A DNA stretch of 62,746 bases from a virus (IMGVR_UViG_3300046311_000202); one strand, 5' to 3'. Positions 16,627 through 27,680 are shown, counted from the stretch's first letter. The notes: generated by a model not told the origin, from the letters alone. A program made the numbers and translations.

Positions 16627-16658
16627 TTTGTTTTTTACAAAACTTTTTTGTAAATTTG
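16627..16658 (+). promoter_or_regulatory. Promoter TTTG-N20-TAAATTTG starting the plus-strand block
   Basis: Canonical boxes upstream of 16684. Confidence 0.75.
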
Positions 16659-16683
16659 CAGCTAAAACCAAAACACACAAATT

Positions 16684-16971
16684 ATGTCAGTAAAAGATTT
16701 TACATACTCGGAATTTCAAGAGTTAACTTATGAAGAGTTCTACGATTTATTATGGGAGGATGTCTCAGAAAAAGTTGTATCAACAACATACCTTGACGAA
16801 AATGAAGATTTTATTAGTAACCTAACATTTGATTTTTACAGATTGTACCAAATGAACCCGGTATTAACTATAAGAATATTGTCTAGACTAACAGAATCAT
16901 TCATGTTTAACGTATTCAGATTGCAGCCTATGACAAAGAACATAAAAGAGATTGTTGATAATTATCGTTAA
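16684..16971 (+). CDS. Hypothetical protein (95 aa)
   Basis: First gene after the promoter. Confidence 0.7.
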   Translation: MSVKDFTYSEFQELTYEEFYDLLWEDVSEKVVSTTYLDENEDFISNLTFDFYRLYQMNPVLTIRILSRLTESFMFNVFRLQPMTKNIKEIVDNYR

Positions 16972-16986
16972 ATAATTGTTAAAAAA

Positions 16987-17018
16987 TTTGGATATCTCAA
17001 ATAATGGTTGTATCTTTG
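16987..17018 (+). promoter_or_regulatory. Promoter TTTG-N20-TATCTTTG
   Basis: Canonical boxes upstream of 17036. Confidence 0.75.
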
Positions 17019-17035
17019 CATAAAAATATAAGCCA

Positions 17036-17392
17036 GTGAGTTTTCCAACATTAAAAACAAAGTACAAAAACGAGATAGATCTTATTGATAAGATACTTCG
17101 TGTTTATTCTATATCACAAGAGGTTCCACTAAGAAATTTTGAAAGACTTATCTTAGTCTACTACATTAGGAGTGGTTATAGCAAGGATACAAAAGAGTAC
17201 ATTAAAGAGGATACAGGTAAGAAAGATGGTGACATAAGAGTAGCAGATGTACACTTGAGAGAAAAAGGTTATCTGATGTCTAGCGAGAAAAACTTAAGAA
17301 TGAGTAAATTATCACCGGACATGGAGAGTATAAGAGATAGTTTTATCAAGAATAAAAAACAAATATATGTACTCGCCTTCCAAAAACCCTGA
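17036..17392 (+). CDS. Hypothetical basic protein, possibly DNA-binding (GTG start)
   Basis: 118 aa, directly after the promoter. Confidence 0.6.
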   Translation: MSFPTLKTKYKNEIDLIDKILRVYSISQEVPLRNFERLILVYYIRSGYSKDTKEYIKEDTGKKDGDIRVADVHLREKGYLMSSEKNLRMSKLSPDMESIRDSFIKNKKQIYVLAFQKP

Positions 17393-17831
17393 TAAACCAA
17401 TTTGTTTTACAGATGACATTCTAGAGGAGTTATCATCTAGGACAGGTAAGGATGTAAAACTATTAAGGGACATACTCAAGCATAACATATCTTATCTAAA
17501 AAAGGCTATTCTATCAAATGAGGAGCTAGTACTTATAAATTTTCCAAATCTTGGAAAGATGAGGTTTAATTATTACTTAGGGGGTTGTGCCTTAGCCAGT
17601 AAGGAGGGGCAGACAAAGAAGTATAAGTATTTGTCAGACAAGCTTAAGTATCTGAGAGAGATCCTTAAAAAACCTGAGGGTAACGACATAAAGAATTTTA
17701 ATAAGCCTCTATTATTTATATCAATAAGAAAAAAAGAAGAGAATGTTGAAAAAAACATAATGCATTCCTTTTATAAATATTGGAAAATTTTAGAAACAAT
17801 ACATAATAAAGACCATGAGAAGTATATTTAA
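17367..17831 (+). CDS. Hypothetical protein with HU/IHF-like N-terminal pattern
   Basis: Helix-helix then INFPNLGKMRFN beta motif resembling HU/IHF. Confidence 0.45.
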   Translation: MYSPSKNPDKPICFTDDILEELSSRTGKDVKLLRDILKHNISYLKKAILSNEELVLINFPNLGKMRFNYYLGGCALASKEGQTKKYKYLSDKLKYLREILKKPEGNDIKNFNKPLLFISIRKKEENVEKNIMHSFYKYWKILETIHNKDHEKYI

Positions 17832-18123
17832 AATACCATACTTAGCTATAAAAAGTAGGTTAGAGTACTCTTCAGAGTTAACTGACTTGCAAATAAAAAG
17901 ACTTGAGTTTTGCAGGAAGTGCCCATTTAATTCTGATAATGATAAAAATCACTCAATAAAAACATTATTGATGTACAGAGTTAATAAGATACTTAATTTT
18001 ATTATGCGAGTTAAGGTAACAGATGATGCAATATGTACAGTTTGTACATGCAATTTGATTTTTAAAAGTTCTCAAGAAGACCCTGAGAATATGTGCCCAA
18101 AAAATAAATGGAATAATTTATAA
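17815..18123 (+). CDS. Cys-rich putative metal-binding protein
   Basis: CxxC...CxxCxC...CPxxKW. Confidence 0.65.
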   Translation: MRSIFKIPYLAIKSRLEYSSELTDLQIKRLEFCRKCPFNSDNDKNHSIKTLLMYRVNKILNFIMRVKVTDDAICTVCTCNLIFKSSQEDPENMCPKNKWNNL

Positions 18124-18132
18124 TAGAACAAA

Positions 18133-18453
18133 ATGGAAATAAAAGGAACAAACCAATTAAAAGAGGTAGTAAAAAACCAAGAGTATTTAATAGACTATGG
18201 TACTATAGAGCAAGGAAGTGATACAAATGTTACAATTGACATCTTAGGTGTGGAGCACTTATCAGTATCAAAGTCATGTGGATGTACACAACCAATAGTT
18301 GAAATAAGACCTGGATCAATACAGTTAAGGATATCATATGATAATAACAAACTAGGTACAATAAACCAAAGAGTTACAGAAAGATGTACTGATAGTACAG
18401 GCGAACAGAAAACAATAATTTTTAACCTTAAAGGTAACATAACACAAAAATAA
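18133..18453 (+). CDS. Ig-like protein (DUF1573-like)
   Basis: VSKSCGCT motif, beta-rich. Confidence 0.6.
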   Translation: MEIKGTNQLKEVVKNQEYLIDYGTIEQGSDTNVTIDILGVEHLSVSKSCGCTQPIVEIRPGSIQLRISYDNNKLGTINQRVTERCTDSTGEQKTIIFNLKGNITQK

Positions 18454-18650
18454 TGAATTTTAAAAATAACGCAGTAAGAGAATTACAAGAGTTTGCAAAA
18501 GAATTTCCAGAGTACACTTTAGGAGAGTTATTGTACAGTGCAATAAGACTGACTTCTGCAAAAAAGATATCTGATATTATGCTCTTAACAGACGAGGATA
18601 TATTTTCAGCAATAGAAAAAACAAGACAAGAAGAAAAAGAAATACAATAA
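18453..18650 (+). CDS. Hypothetical protein (65 aa)
   Basis: TAATG overlap with the upstream gene. Confidence 0.7.
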   Translation: MNFKNNAVRELQEFAKEFPEYTLGELLYSAIRLTSAKKISDIMLLTDEDIFSAIEKTRQEEKEIQ

Positions 18651-18651
18651 C

Positions 18652-19092
18652 ATGGAAGCAATAAAAAGTAAAGTAATCTCTTTGTATTCAGAATATAAAG
18701 AGTTTGAAAGCGTGGTTAAAAAGAAAAACGAGGAGCTTACAAATAACAAAGCTAACCTAAAAGAAGTTATTCAAGGTAAAAAAGTAGAAGAACTGCAAGA
18801 TGTATTAGTACATGTTTACGTAGATACTATACTATATAACAAGGACTTACAAATATTATTTTTAAAACTTGTAAATGCAGTAGAACTTTATAATGAGTTT
18901 TCAAACGATGCTTTACCAGAAGAGGTGTTAAAGTTTTATTCAGATATGAAAACCTGGGCACCAAAAAGAGTGTTTGTAGTTGAAAAAGGAGCTTTAGTAG
19001 AGACCGAAAGCGGATTACTAGAGGAGGAGCGAACTAAGTTTTTAGAAAGTGATTTCTTCAAAGATTTACTTGCTAAAACAAAAGAAGCGTAA
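18652..19092 (+). CDS. Hypothetical coiled-coil protein (possible small terminase)
   Basis: Immediately upstream of and coupled to terL; function from position only. Confidence 0.5.
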   Translation: MEAIKSKVISLYSEYKEFESVVKKKNEELTNNKANLKEVIQGKKVEELQDVLVHVYVDTILYNKDLQILFLKLVNAVELYNEFSNDALPEEVLKFYSDMKTWAPKRVFVVEKGALVETESGLLEEERTKFLESDFFKDLLAKTKEA

Positions 19093-21857
19093 TGTCTGAA
19101 TACATTGATAATTTTATAAAAAACCATAAAGAATACTTTAGGAGAAATAGGAAAGTTATCGAATCAAATACTTGGAATGATACATCTAAGTATGAAGAAA
19201 GAATGACAGAGTTTTCTCAGGAAATATTAAGTCTACAATCTCAAGATAGTGATACGTCAGGAACTGACAAGAAGCTAAAAGATGTCGAGAAAAGAGTTAA
19301 AGATTTATCTGAGTACACTAAAAAAACTAAAGAGTCTTTATTTAAACAGGAAAATGAGCTTACCACGTCAATACTTGGTAGGCTTTCTGTGTTTATATCA
19401 GAGGCAGATAGTGATAGAGGCTTAAAAAAGACGCAAGACTTTATAGACGAGACTGTAGAGATAATAAATCTCCATCTAGATAAATGTGATGATTACTTGA
19501 AGTACAACATGGATGTACTTACACAAGAGGTTGAAACAGAGATGGAAATAGATTATAAAACAAATGAGATAGTTTTTCAGGATGCAGTATTTAATGAAAA
19601 AATAAAAATACAAGAGAAACTAGCAAAGTTAAATATAAAAAATGAAGTAGACAATACAGTAATAAAATTTTTCAAAGATGAGAAGGCATCTCTATTAATG
19701 AGAGAGCCTCTTATGTTACTAAGAGAAGATGCGAAAGAGGCAATAGAAAGAGTACCAGTAGATTGGCATATAAGAACATCAAAAGAGATGTTTATTAATA
19801 TGAACCCTAAGGATGTACCAAAGTGGAATGCTAAAAAGCACTTTTTTGATCAGGACCCAGTTGTTTTACAATTCTGGTCAGAGGAGATAAATAAGATAAC
19901 TTATGGTGTGACTATAGGAGGATACTTTATGCATCCTTGGTTATACTTTCACTTAAATTTCTTTAGAACACCTATACCTCAACCAAATGGATCAGAGCCA
20001 AACATACAACCAGATCTTAGGGATAATGAGTGGTTCTTTGCAGAGAATCTAAAAGCAGCAATTAATCCGGAAAATGAAAATTACTATTCTAAAGCATTGC
20101 TTATGTATGGTACTAGACGTTTTGGGAAGTCTGTAATCTTAGCATCCCTAGCACATTGGAGAACAATTACTAAGTTTAACTCATACGGTTCAATTATTGG
20201 GGGTAGCTCTTCGGATATTAATGCACTAACAAGCAAGATTAAAACTTCAATGACTTATATTGATAAGCCATTAAGTATTGACATCCTTAAACAAGAGTGG
20301 GACAACGGTGAAACAACCTTTGGTATTAAAGAGGATGCCTCAAACCCTATTGTTTTTTCTACACTAATTGTACAAAACTTAGAGTCTGGTGCCAAATCAA
20401 AAACACAAAAGACGGCAGGTCTAGCACCATCAGTATCTATTTATGATGAGATAGGTAAGTACGCCTTCTTAAAACCTTACCTAGCAGCACTACCATCATT
20501 TAAGACACCTTACGGATTTAAGTGTGTGACAGTATTGGCAGGAACTGGTGGGGAGGCTGATTTATCAAAAGATGCTGTGGATGTATTATCAAACCCTGAA
20601 GCATATGATTTACTACCTATGGATTGGGACCTATTAGAAAATAAAATAGACCCAGAATACATAAGTTGGAAAAGAAGAAAGTTTGCAACATTTTTCCCAG
20701 GACAAATGGCATACGAAGACGGCTTTATAAAAAAGGAGCAAGCATTTTCAAGATTCTTAGGAGTAGATGATTCAGACGAGCTTGATAAAATAATGATACA
20801 TACAACAAACTGGGAGAACAACACAAAGATGCTAAAAAAATCTTTAGAGGATTCTAAGTCAGTTGGTGGATCAAAAGGACAGCTATTAGAGCAACAAAGA
20901 AGAGTTCAGTACCCTTTGGATCCAGAAGATTGTTTTATGTCATCTGAAGAAAACCCATTTCCTGCATTAGAAGCAAAAAGACACAAAGACTATTTGCTAG
21001 AATCAGGGGAGTGTGGTAAAAAGGTTACCCTTATGCAAGATGGTGCAGGTAGGATTTTCTATGAAATGAATAATAAAGATCTAGCAGAATACCCACATAG
21101 TGGAGGTTTTGTAGATGCACCAGTTGTTCTATATGAAGAGTTACCTACAACTAAACCAGTAGCCTACTTGTATGTGGGGGGATTTGATGATTATAAGCAA
21201 GAAGAATCAGGGACAGACTCTGTAGGATCTTTTCATATCTACAAGGTAAACATAGGAATGGATAAGTGGTGTGGTAGAATAGTTGCATCAGTAGCTTCTA
21301 GACCGGATCCACATAATAAACTTTACAGACAGATATTCTTATTGATGCAAGCATATAATGCAAGAACATTTATGGAGAATGCCGATATGGGATTTAAGGA
21401 ATACCTTGATAGAAAAAGAGCAACAGATCTTTGGTTAGTAGAATCTATGGACTTTAAATCAGACATGACACAGGGCTCAAATGGAAGAAGAAGATATGGA
21501 TGGAACCCAAGCCCAGAAAATAAAAAGTTTCTGTTAGGGCTAGTAAAAAACTATCTCAGACAAGAGTTTGTTATACAAGATGAAGAGGGCCAAGAGAAAA
21601 CCATACTAGGAGTACAAATGGTGAATGATATAGGGCTTCTCGATGAGATTATATCTTATAAAAAGGATAATAACGTAGATAGGATAACATCCTTTATGTC
21701 ATGCCTTGGATATGAGTTCTACTTATTTAATAACTACATGTTACCAACGATAAGTAATAAAAAACAGAACAGAGAAGAAACTAATGTAAGAAAACCAGAA
21801 AGAAGCCTTGCGGAAAGGTTATATGGATCTTCAAGCAGGACAAAAAAGTTTTACTAA
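19092..21857 (+). CDS. terL: Terminase large subunit with ~200-aa N-terminal extension
   Basis: GTRRFGKS Walker A, IYDEIGK Walker B, GGFDDY and DNNVDRI nuclease acidic motifs; precedes the portal. Confidence 0.85.
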   Translation: MSEYIDNFIKNHKEYFRRNRKVIESNTWNDTSKYEERMTEFSQEILSLQSQDSDTSGTDKKLKDVEKRVKDLSEYTKKTKESLFKQENELTTSILGRLSVFISEADSDRGLKKTQDFIDETVEIINLHLDKCDDYLKYNMDVLTQEVETEMEIDYKTNEIVFQDAVFNEKIKIQEKLAKLNIKNEVDNTVIKFFKDEKASLLMREPLMLLREDAKEAIERVPVDWHIRTSKEMFINMNPKDVPKWNAKKHFFDQDPVVLQFWSEEINKITYGVTIGGYFMHPWLYFHLNFFRTPIPQPNGSEPNIQPDLRDNEWFFAENLKAAINPENENYYSKALLMYGTRRFGKSVILASLAHWRTITKFNSYGSIIGGSSSDINALTSKIKTSMTYIDKPLSIDILKQEWDNGETTFGIKEDASNPIVFSTLIVQNLESGAKSKTQKTAGLAPSVSIYDEIGKYAFLKPYLAALPSFKTPYGFKCVTVLAGTGGEADLSKDAVDVLSNPEAYDLLPMDWDLLENKIDPEYISWKRRKFATFFPGQMAYEDGFIKKEQAFSRFLGVDDSDELDKIMIHTTNWENNTKMLKKSLEDSKSVGGSKGQLLEQQRRVQYPLDPEDCFMSSEENPFPALEAKRHKDYLLESGECGKKVTLMQDGAGRIFYEMNNKDLAEYPHSGGFVDAPVVLYEELPTTKPVAYLYVGGFDDYKQEESGTDSVGSFHIYKVNIGMDKWCGRIVASVASRPDPHNKLYRQIFLLMQAYNARTFMENADMGFKEYLDRKRATDLWLVESMDFKSDMTQGSNGRRRYGWNPSPENKKFLLGLVKNYLRQEFVIQDEEGQEKTILGVQMVNDIGLLDEIISYKKDNNVDRITSFMSCLGYEFYLFNNYMLPTISNKKQNREETNVRKPERSLAERLYGSSSRTKKFY

Positions 21858-21863
21858 TATTTA

Positions 21864-21900
21864 ACTAATTTTGTGTTCTCAAAAATTTTAACTAATTTTG
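21864..21900 (+). promoter_or_regulatory. Tandem ACTAATTTTG late promoter (27-bp period)
   Basis: Two copies give TTTG-N19-TAATTTTG. Confidence 0.7.
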
Positions 21901-21917
21901 CCATTTAAAAATATATA

Positions 21918-24698
21918 ATGGATAGTCATAACTTACACTCTTTTTATAATGGGGTTGGAACATCAGTTTCCTCAACTCACTCAATTCCAACGCAAACAAT
22001 TTCTGACGCAAAGAAAGAAAAGCTTGCATGGAAGAAAAAAAATATGGATGCCCTTGAATCAATAGGGGTATCTCAATTAGGCGAGAATGTTAAATTTAGA
22101 GATCTTTATAAGATGCTTGAAGGGAGACTTGCGTACTCAGACTACGAGACTGATAATCAAGTATTAAATAGAGTAAGGGATCTAGGAGACAGTGTAGGAA
22201 TACCTACATTTGTTAAGCACTACGACTTCATAGGTATTATAACAAGACAGTTAGTAGGAGAGTGGCTAGAGCAAAAAGACGACTTCAAAGTAGATACAAT
22301 AGATGATATATCTCAAAATGAGTACCTTAGAGAAAGAACAGGTAGAGTAAGAGAGTATGCATTAGAGACATTCAAGAAAGAGCTAGAAATAGAGCTTGCT
22401 AAAATGGGCATAGACCCTAATAAACAAAATTTCAGTAGCGAAGAAGAGCAGCAGCAGTATATGCAGATGCTTGAGGAAGAAAAAGCCAAGATAATTACTC
22501 CTGCTCAGATCGAGAAGGAAATGAAAGATTGGAAAACAAAAGCAGCTGAGTGGGCAGAGCATGTTATTGAAAAGGATCAAGAAAGATTCTACATGGACAA
22601 GCTTGATAAGCAAGAGATGGAAGATTTCCTAGTAACAGGTAGATTTTTTAGAAACTATTACATAGGCTATGATTTCTACAAACCAGAGAGATGGTCACCG
22701 TTAGAAACGTTTTTCTCACAAGACGTAACTGCAGAAAACCCACAAGACTGTGAGTATGTAGGTAGAGTTTTTTATATATCACCTTCTGATATTATCAAAA
22801 GATACTCTCACTTATTAACACCAAGTGAAATAAAAAGGCTAAATACAAACTATGCAGAAACAGATGGAGGAAATGCAGATTCACAAGTAAGTTCTTGGAA
22901 GAATGCAATGAATAATGGTATGTTTGGTCAAGTTCAAACAATACCATTCCACAACTATTACAATTACGACATGGGGTTACAAATACAAGATGCATTGGAT
23001 ATACCAATGGGTGAAGTACTTGTAGACACACCAGACGGACAACAAAGAATACCAAACTGGCTTAGCCCATTCCAAAACAACAACACAAACCTAGGCTTTA
23101 ACTACAGTAGAATCCAAAGAGATGATATAAATGTAAGAAAAGATTTATTACAGGTTACAGAAGCGTATTGGAGAAGCTGGAAAAGAATGTGGTTCATAAA
23201 CTACACTACAGAGAGTGGTTATGAGGATACAACTATTGTAACAGACGATATCTTACAAGATTTTGTTACAGACAACAACATTAAAAAAATAACAACAAAG
23301 GCCCTAAAAGATATACAAAGAGATCTAGAGCCTAACTGTATGTATGAATTTTGGGTACCAGAAATTTGGCAAGGTACTAAAATCAATGCAGGTAATTCAT
23401 ATTTAACAGAGAATTTATACTTAGGAGTAGAACCACTACCTTATCAAATAAGAGGTGAGTCAAACATCTTTGATGTAAAAATACCTGTTGGTGGAGTTAT
23501 AGCATCTTCTGTAGCACAAAAACTTAGACCTTACCAAATAGGGTATAACATATGTCTTAACCAAATCTTTAACTTGTTAGAGAAAGAGATAGGTATGTTC
23601 TTCTTATTTGATATTAACTTCTTACCATCTGAATATAAAGATCACGGTACAATAGAGGAGTCATTAGGTAAATTAAGAGACTTAGCTAAGGATGTTGGAC
23701 TTGTACCATTAGATACAACAAAACAAAACATGGCAGGGGCAAATGGGCAAATGAATACATTCATGACCCAGGACATATCCTTTGACAAACAGATCAATAG
23801 TAGAATACAGCTTTCAGAGTACTACCAAAGAAAAGCCCTAGAGCAAATAGGTATTACACCGCAAAGACTTGGACAACCAAGCGTATACGAAACAGCAACC
23901 GGTGTAAAACAGGGAACAGAGGCTTCATATATGCAGACAGCAGACATATTTAATACGATGTCAGTTGCAAGGAGAAAAGCAATGGAACTGCATTTATCAA
24001 TAGCACAGTATTGCCAAAAAGAATATTTAGATGTAGACTTTGTATTCTCAAATTCTGATGGTGATAAAATATTTATGCACTTATCGGATCCAGATTTCCC
24101 ACTAAGAAGAATTGGAGTATTCCCAGTAAATGATCCTAAGAAACGTAGAGAGTTAGAGACAATGAAACAAGCATTGTTAAACATGAACACTCTAGGAAGT
24201 GATTTACTTGACTATGCACAGTTATTCTCAGCAGATACAATAGTTGAGCTTGTTGACATAGGTAAGAGAGGAAGAGTTGAGAAGCAAAAAGAAGTTGAAG
24301 CACAAAGAGCTCACGAACAAGAACTTGCTGACAAACAAATACAAGGAGCTTCTGCAGAGAAGAATGCAGACAGAGCTTGGCAGGCTGATCAAAATCAAAG
24401 AGATAGAGAAGCTAGAATCTTACAAGAAGAAATACAAGCACAAGGTAGAGCAGCAGATAAACAAGCAGATGCACAATCATTCAAGAATATTAGTGCACAA
24501 GCAGATATGGCATTGAAGGAGCTTAAGACTAGTAGTGATATAGAAAGCGGAAACAAAAAGCTTCAACTACAAGAACAACAAGTATCTGATAAGGCAGCAG
24601 CAATGAGCAAGGACTTAGAGATAAAACTTAAGCAAATTGAACAGAAAGATAGAGCTATAATGAACGATAGATATATAGCAGAGATAAACAAAAATTAA
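21918..24698 (+). CDS. Portal protein (crAss-like, long coiled-coil C-terminus)
   Basis: 926 aa between terL and the capsid genes; KHYDFIG, GITPQRLGQ, ATGVKQ motifs. Confidence 0.8.
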   Translation: MDSHNLHSFYNGVGTSVSSTHSIPTQTISDAKKEKLAWKKKNMDALESIGVSQLGENVKFRDLYKMLEGRLAYSDYETDNQVLNRVRDLGDSVGIPTFVKHYDFIGIITRQLVGEWLEQKDDFKVDTIDDISQNEYLRERTGRVREYALETFKKELEIELAKMGIDPNKQNFSSEEEQQQYMQMLEEEKAKIITPAQIEKEMKDWKTKAAEWAEHVIEKDQERFYMDKLDKQEMEDFLVTGRFFRNYYIGYDFYKPERWSPLETFFSQDVTAENPQDCEYVGRVFYISPSDIIKRYSHLLTPSEIKRLNTNYAETDGGNADSQVSSWKNAMNNGMFGQVQTIPFHNYYNYDMGLQIQDALDIPMGEVLVDTPDGQQRIPNWLSPFQNNNTNLGFNYSRIQRDDINVRKDLLQVTEAYWRSWKRMWFINYTTESGYEDTTIVTDDILQDFVTDNNIKKITTKALKDIQRDLEPNCMYEFWVPEIWQGTKINAGNSYLTENLYLGVEPLPYQIRGESNIFDVKIPVGGVIASSVAQKLRPYQIGYNICLNQIFNLLEKEIGMFFLFDINFLPSEYKDHGTIEESLGKLRDLAKDVGLVPLDTTKQNMAGANGQMNTFMTQDISFDKQINSRIQLSEYYQRKALEQIGITPQRLGQPSVYETATGVKQGTEASYMQTADIFNTMSVARRKAMELHLSIAQYCQKEYLDVDFVFSNSDGDKIFMHLSDPDFPLRRIGVFPVNDPKKRRELETMKQALLNMNTLGSDLLDYAQLFSADTIVELVDIGKRGRVEKQKEVEAQRAHEQELADKQIQGASAEKNADRAWQADQNQRDREARILQEEIQAQGRAADKQADAQSFKNISAQADMALKELKTSSDIESGNKKLQLQEQQVSDKAAAMSKDLEIKLKQIEQKDRAIMNDRYIAEINKN

Positions 24699-24757
24699 AG
24701 ATTGTTTAACTAATTAAATATAATTTAACAACAGAATAATACCAAAAGCAAATTTTA

Positions 24758-24794
24758 ACTAATTTTGCAGTTACAAAAAAAACCACTAATTTTG
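24758..24794 (+). promoter_or_regulatory. Tandem ACTAATTTTG late promoter (27-bp period)
   Basis: Two exact copies. Confidence 0.7.
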
Positions 24795-24802
24795 CACAAG
24801 AA

Positions 24803-25954
24803 ATGAAAACAGAACAAAACCAACAAGAGCTGTCATTTGAACAATTATTAGAATTCAACGACTTTTCATTAGAAGATGGAGGGACACCACCAAAAGAAGA
24901 AATTGATATTAACTTATCAGATGAAACGGATGAAGGTGCAATCGATGATCTAGATTTAGATGATACAGCAAAAGGCGAAGAAGACGATAAATCTGAAGAG
25001 CCTGCCAAGGAAGTTAAGGAAACTAAAGAGCCTAAAAAAGAGGAAGTAGTCTTTAATAATAATGATGCAGTATATTACGACATCATTAAAGACAGACTAG
25101 ACTCTGGAGAATGGGAAGACTTATTAATTGAGACAGAAGACGGAGAAGAGAAATTACTTTCTGAACTAGATACAATTGATAAAGAAACTTTTAAAAGTAT
25201 TGAAAAAGCTTTAAAAGAACAAAAAGAAGAAGAGTTTAAAACTAAGTATGTAGAAGTAGATGGATTAGACGAAGTAAAAAAACGACTAATAAACATCGTA
25301 AAATCTGGAGACTTAGATTTAGCAAAAGCTTTGTTTGAAAACCCAGACTCTATTAAGGAACCTTTCCAAGGGTATGATGGTGATAATGACACACACAATA
25401 CAGATGTATTAGCTTGGTACTACACTCAGGTAATGGGCCATAGTAACTCTGAAGCAAAAGCTTTAGTAGACGCATCTAAAAAAGACTTAACTCTAGACGT
25501 AAAAGCACAGAAGATAGTTGACTACCAAAGACAACAATTCTATAAAGGCTTAGAGAATAAAGAAAAAGAACTTATAGAGAGTCAAAAACAAGAAGAAGAA
25601 AGAATCAAGCAGTATAGAAAAGGATTAGCCTCTGAGTTCAAAGGAGAGGGCTTATCTGATACTTTAACTAGAAAGTTTGTAGATGTAGCAACAAAGAAAG
25701 ACGAGAACGGAGCTTTTGAAATTGATAATATCTATGAAGAGTGGATGAACGATCCTAAGAAAGCTAGAGAGCTTATACAGTTTATGCTTGATAAAGAAAC
25801 TTATATTAAAAAGGTAACTTCTGAAACTAAGAAAAATGTACAACTAGATAACTTGAAGAAAGTTAAAATTGTACAAGACACTACAAAAGTTTCTAGAGTT
25901 AAGAAAGAGGAGAGCCCAATTATCTCACCTCTTGAATCATTGAATTTCGATTAA
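24803..25954 (+). CDS. Acidic scaffolding-like protein
   Basis: Very acidic, helical, between the portal and MCP. Confidence 0.55.
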   Translation: MKTEQNQQELSFEQLLEFNDFSLEDGGTPPKEEIDINLSDETDEGAIDDLDLDDTAKGEEDDKSEEPAKEVKETKEPKKEEVVFNNNDAVYYDIIKDRLDSGEWEDLLIETEDGEEKLLSELDTIDKETFKSIEKALKEQKEEEFKTKYVEVDGLDEVKKRLINIVKSGDLDLAKALFENPDSIKEPFQGYDGDNDTHNTDVLAWYYTQVMGHSNSEAKALVDASKKDLTLDVKAQKIVDYQRQQFYKGLENKEKELIESQKQEEERIKQYRKGLASEFKGEGLSDTLTRKFVDVATKKDENGAFEIDNIYEEWMNDPKKARELIQFMLDKETYIKKVTSETKKNVQLDNLKKVKIVQDTTKVSRVKKEESPIISPLESLNFD

Positions 25955-25985
25955 AAATAAACAATAAATTAAATTAAATTAAAAA

Positions 25986-27680
25986 ATGGTAACACAACAA
26001 AACATTCCTTTCGTTGTAAATGGAGACCAAGTAATAATGTTCACAGATAAGAAAACAGTTTCTTCAATCGGTGGTGCACAAGACTTACCTTCACTTTACT
26101 CATGGTACAAAGAAGACCCAAATAAACATCACTTAGGTTTGATGAACTTATGGGGAAAACAAGCAGTAAGAAGCTACGGTATTCTTAGAGAATTATTACA
26201 AAACAAAGCTATCCTTGAAGTTAATGGATGGGACGGTGGATTTACTTACGATATTGCTGTAGAAGAGTACAAAGGATGCTACACAACTCGTGATACTTCT
26301 AGCCAAGCTTACCCAGGTGTTGATGGTAGTACTTTCAAAATTGTATTAAACAGAGCATTCACAACAGGAGATGTATTATCTAACGATAAATACTACGGAC
26401 AACAAATCATCGTTTCAGGTGAAGAGCCAGTAGTTTCTGTAGGTGAAGGTTTTGAACACACAGTTAAATTAGCAGATAACGATAAGAGCACTTGGTTCTT
26501 AGCATCTAACTTGGCAAAAGGTATTCAGTACTTTAAAGTTGGTCACGCTATCTTAGGAGAAAGAGGTACTAACTTCTCTCACTTTGATTTACCAGATACA
26601 GTAGGAACAATGAGATGTGAATTCCGTTTAGGATCTGCATCAGGAGTTGAAGCATACATCACAGGTATGGCTGACTCTAAATCATTCTCTGGAGCTGATG
26701 CTCAATCTAAAGCTTATTTAGACAAATTGCAATCAGAATTCGGTGGAAATGACTACGCTGTCTTGACTAACTTAGTTACTAAAGGTGGTAAGAAAGTTCC
26801 AGACATGAAAAATGCAAAAATTGGAGCTACAATGGAATTCTTGACAATGAGAGAATTAGAGCGTTTAACTGCTCAAAAATTGTTATTCCAACGTGCTGCT
26901 ACAGTTCGTGATTCAAATGGAGTTGCTAGATTAAACGAAGGTTTATGGCACCAATTGAGACGTGGAAAACTTGTTAAGTATGGTCGTCCAGGTGGAATCA
27001 CTCGTGATCACTTGAAAGAAGCTGCAGAATATGTATTCCGTATTAACCCATTCAAACAAGATGTTGAAAGACGTTTGAAATTCAAATGTGGTAAATATGC
27101 ATACCAAAACATTTTAGAGATCTTCTCTGATGAAGTTAACTCTCAAAATGCAGCATTGAACACGTTCTTAGGAGCAGATAGAACTATCCCTAACCCAGTT
27201 CGTGGTAATGATCCATTTAACTTGGAGTATGTGCCAATTCGTTTCACTAAAGTTTTCATTCCTGGAATAGGAAGTGTTGAAATCGAAGAAGATACATCAT
27301 TGAACATGATGGAAGGTACTGATCGTTTGGCAGGTGGATTCCACCCAGAAAACTTATCACCAACTGCTTACTCAATGGTTATTTGGGATGTTGAGGATCA
27401 AATGTACTCAAACAATAAAGCTTTACCAAAAGGTGCTACTTTAGTAGACGGTGGTAACTCTGGAGCTAACATTTATTTAGTAAAACCACAAGGTGAGATG
27501 ACTTACTGGGGAACTACTAATGGACGTTACGATTACAGAAAAGCTGGAGATGTAATGTCATCTATGAAACAAATCGGACAAGAATTCTGGGCTTTCAATA
27601 TCGCAGATATTCACGTTAGAGATTTAACTCGTTTCGTAATGATTGAATTAGACGAAGCTGGAAGAAAAGGCTTTAACTAA
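25986..27680 (+). CDS. Major capsid protein
   Basis: 564 aa, high-expression codon bias, position after the scaffold, followed by a terminator. Confidence 0.8.
   Translation: MVTQQNIPFVVNGDQVIMFTDKKTVSSIGGAQDLPSLYSWYKEDPNKHHLGLMNLWGKQAVRSYGILRELLQNKAILEVNGWDGGFTYDIAVEEYKGCYTTRDTSSQAYPGVDGSTFKIVLNRAFTTGDVLSNDKYYGQQIIVSGEEPVVSVGEGFEHTVKLADNDKSTWFLASNLAKGIQYFKVGHAILGERGTNFSHFDLPDTVGTMRCEFRLGSASGVEAYITGMADSKSFSGADAQSKAYLDKLQSEFGGNDYAVLTNLVTKGGKKVPDMKNAKIGATMEFLTMRELERLTAQKLLFQRAATVRDSNGVARLNEGLWHQLRRGKLVKYGRPGGITRDHLKEAAEYVFRINPFKQDVERRLKFKCGKYAYQNILEIFSDEVNSQNAALNTFLGADRTIPNPVRGNDPFNLEYVPIRFTKVFIPGIGSVEIEEDTSLNMMEGTDRLAGGFHPENLSPTAYSMVIWDVEDQMYSNNKALPKGATLVDGGNSGANIYLVKPQGEMTYWGTTNGRYDYRKAGDVMSSMKQIGQEFWAFNIADIHVRDLTRFVMIELDEAGRKGFN

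Noticed and set aside
13628-21857. Inteins or introns in recA, the helicase or terL
   Set aside because: RecA and helicase have normal lengths; no HINT (C...HN-C/S/T) or LAGLIDADG signatures seen
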